Shown here piece after piece: positions 30,846-32,001 of a DNA stretch of 32,001 nt. The DNA is from a virus. Taxonomy: Duplodnaviria > Caudoviricetes. A program made the translations under genes and the position numbers. The notes under the pieces are model-generated. The model had not been told where the DNA came from and did no database searches. It saw only the letters and a program-made list of their open reading frames with translations. The first letter of the stretch is position 1, and the number at the start of each line of letters is the position of its first letter. The stretch is from IMG/VR virus record IMGVR_UViG_3300016672_000047, positions 1 to 32,001 of that record; one strand, given 5' to 3'.

Positions 30846-31244
30846 ATGACTGCAATTCAAATCTGCGCACTGATCGGCATCATTATCTCGGCCGCGATCC
30901 TCTACTGGGTCGGCTACCGGGGCGGCCTCACTGACGGTAAAAATGAAGGTTACGAAGATGGCCATTCTGACGGTTTCTCTAGGGGCCAGGACGATGCATC
31001 AGCCGCATATGCAACCTCTCTCGAAAAGATGTCGATGCGTTCCCAGAGTCTAGAACACATTCTGCACCGGGAACCGCAAGACCGCCTCGACCTTCTCGCC
31101 ATAGCAGAAAAGCTCAAGCTAGCCGCTGATACCTTCCGAGCGGTTAAATCCGAAAGCCAGGCATCACAGACCCTTGCCTTGCGCGACAAGGCCCTGAGCA
31201 TGGCTGCTGGGTTGGATTCCTTCTTTCAGGAGGATGCTGCATGA
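30846..31244 (+). CDS. Hypothetical protein with N-terminal membrane anchor and GxxxG repeats
   Basis: ICALIGIIISAAILYWVGYRGG hydrophobic segment, then DGKNEGYEDGHSDG. AGGAG RBS. Confidence 0.8.
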   Translation: MTAIQICALIGIIISAAILYWVGYRGGLTDGKNEGYEDGHSDGFSRGQDDASAAYATSLEKMSMRSQSLEHILHREPQDRLDLLAIAEKLKLAADTFRAVKSESQASQTLALRDKALSMAAGLDSFFQEDAA

Positions 31245-31462
31245 ACCAGGCCATCACAACGCTTCGTCTGACGCCTCAGGCCGCCGGGACACTGCAACAG
31301 CAGCACGCCAAGGCCACCAATGACCTGCGCGCCCTGACCCGTTACAGCAAAGAATTCGAACGCCAGTTGAAAGCCCTGGTCGGCTATGAAGCTCTTCGCC
31401 AATTGCACAAGGCAACCGATAACGCCTTGCTCCTGGCCGACTTGGTGAGGGAAGCCGCATGA
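31241..31462 (+). CDS. Hypothetical protein (coiled-coil)
   Basis: AGGAGG RBS and ATGA overlaps at both ends. Confidence 0.75.
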   Translation: MNQAITTLRLTPQAAGTLQQQHAKATNDLRALTRYSKEFERQLKALVGYEALRQLHKATDNALLLADLVREAA

Positions 31463-32001
31463 ACTGGATACTTACCTCCACCGGCAAGCGCTTCGACCTG
31501 TACGAGCCTGACGCAGACATGATCGACCCACGGGACATCTCGCACGCGCTGGCACACCTTTGCCGCTTCAACGGCCACACCCGCGAGTTCTACAGCGTGG
31601 CTCAGCACAGTTGCATCGTCGCAGAGCTGGTGCCGGAAGAACACAAACTCGCCGCCTTGCTCCACGACGCCACCGAGGCGTACCTGGGCGACATGACACG
31701 ACCACTCAAGCAATGGATGCCCGACTATCTAGGTTTCGAAGACATCGTTTGGGAGCGCATCTGTGTTCGCTTCGACCTGGCACTCGATCTCCCTGCCTGC
31801 GTACGCCAGGCAGATCTGATCGCGCTTGCGACCGAGCGCCGAGACCTCATGCCACCCGATCCGGCCATCTGGGATTGTTTGGTCGGCATCGAACCCATGA
31901 TTGAAACCATCCGCCCTTGGTCTGCCGCAGAAGCCCGGCTCACCTACCACCAGCGCCTGATGGACCAGCTCGCTATCGAACACCGGAGGAAAGCGGCATG
32001 A
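31459..32001 (+). CDS. HD-domain phosphohydrolase (YfbR-like 5'-deoxynucleotidase)
   Basis: CRFNGH...FYSVAQHS...ALLHDATEAYLGD...ADLIALATERRDL. Confidence 0.9.
   Translation: MNWILTSTGKRFDLYEPDADMIDPRDISHALAHLCRFNGHTREFYSVAQHSCIVAELVPEEHKLAALLHDATEAYLGDMTRPLKQWMPDYLGFEDIVWERICVRFDLALDLPACVRQADLIALATERRDLMPPDPAIWDCLVGIEPMIETIRPWSAAEARLTYHQRLMDQLAIEHRRKAA

Larger units (their letters stand above)
1..32001. mobile_element. Temperate prophage (interior segment): lambda-like head/cos packaging, P2-like contractile tail, lambdoid immunity region
   Basis: Contiguous phage structural, packaging, replication and cI/cro genes across the entire window. No host housekeeping genes seen. Both prophage ends lie outside the window. 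Confidence 0.97.

Overview
The whole window is the interior of a GC-rich temperate prophage. It is most likely from Pseudomonas, judged from its PrtN-like, pyocin-type holin and CII-like genes. The minus strand carries a late morphogenesis operon: a lambda-type head (terS/terL, gpW, portal, Clp-type protease, decoration protein, gpE capsid, gpZ) joined to a P2/R-pyocin-type contractile tail (V, W, J, I, fibre, sheath, tube, chaperone, tape measure, U, X, D). A lambda-like cos site and a holin precede this operon. Further right are a putative late regulator, a TOPRIM-VapE primase/helicase with a repeat-rich origin candidate, a DksA/TraR zinc finger, a CII-like gene and a cro/cI switch with TATCAAC-N5-GTTGATA operators. 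A plus-strand early operon follows (antirepressor-like KilAC domain, PrtN-like, HD hydrolase). Three AT-rich accessory inserts are present: an ABC-ATPase + HNH nuclease pair (Septu/PtuAB-like) between cI and the early promoter, a membrane-protein moron next to the holin, and an orphan gene between cos and terS. The most unusual unannotated signal is a highly structured cro-cII intergenic region. Its hairpin loops (GTGGTG on +) are complementary to CCACCAC/CACACCAC hairpin loops and start-codon regions in the early operon, suggesting an antisense-RNA or nut-like RNA regulatory system. No integrase, endolysin or att site lies inside the window. All family assignments come from motif recognition and gene order, not database searches.
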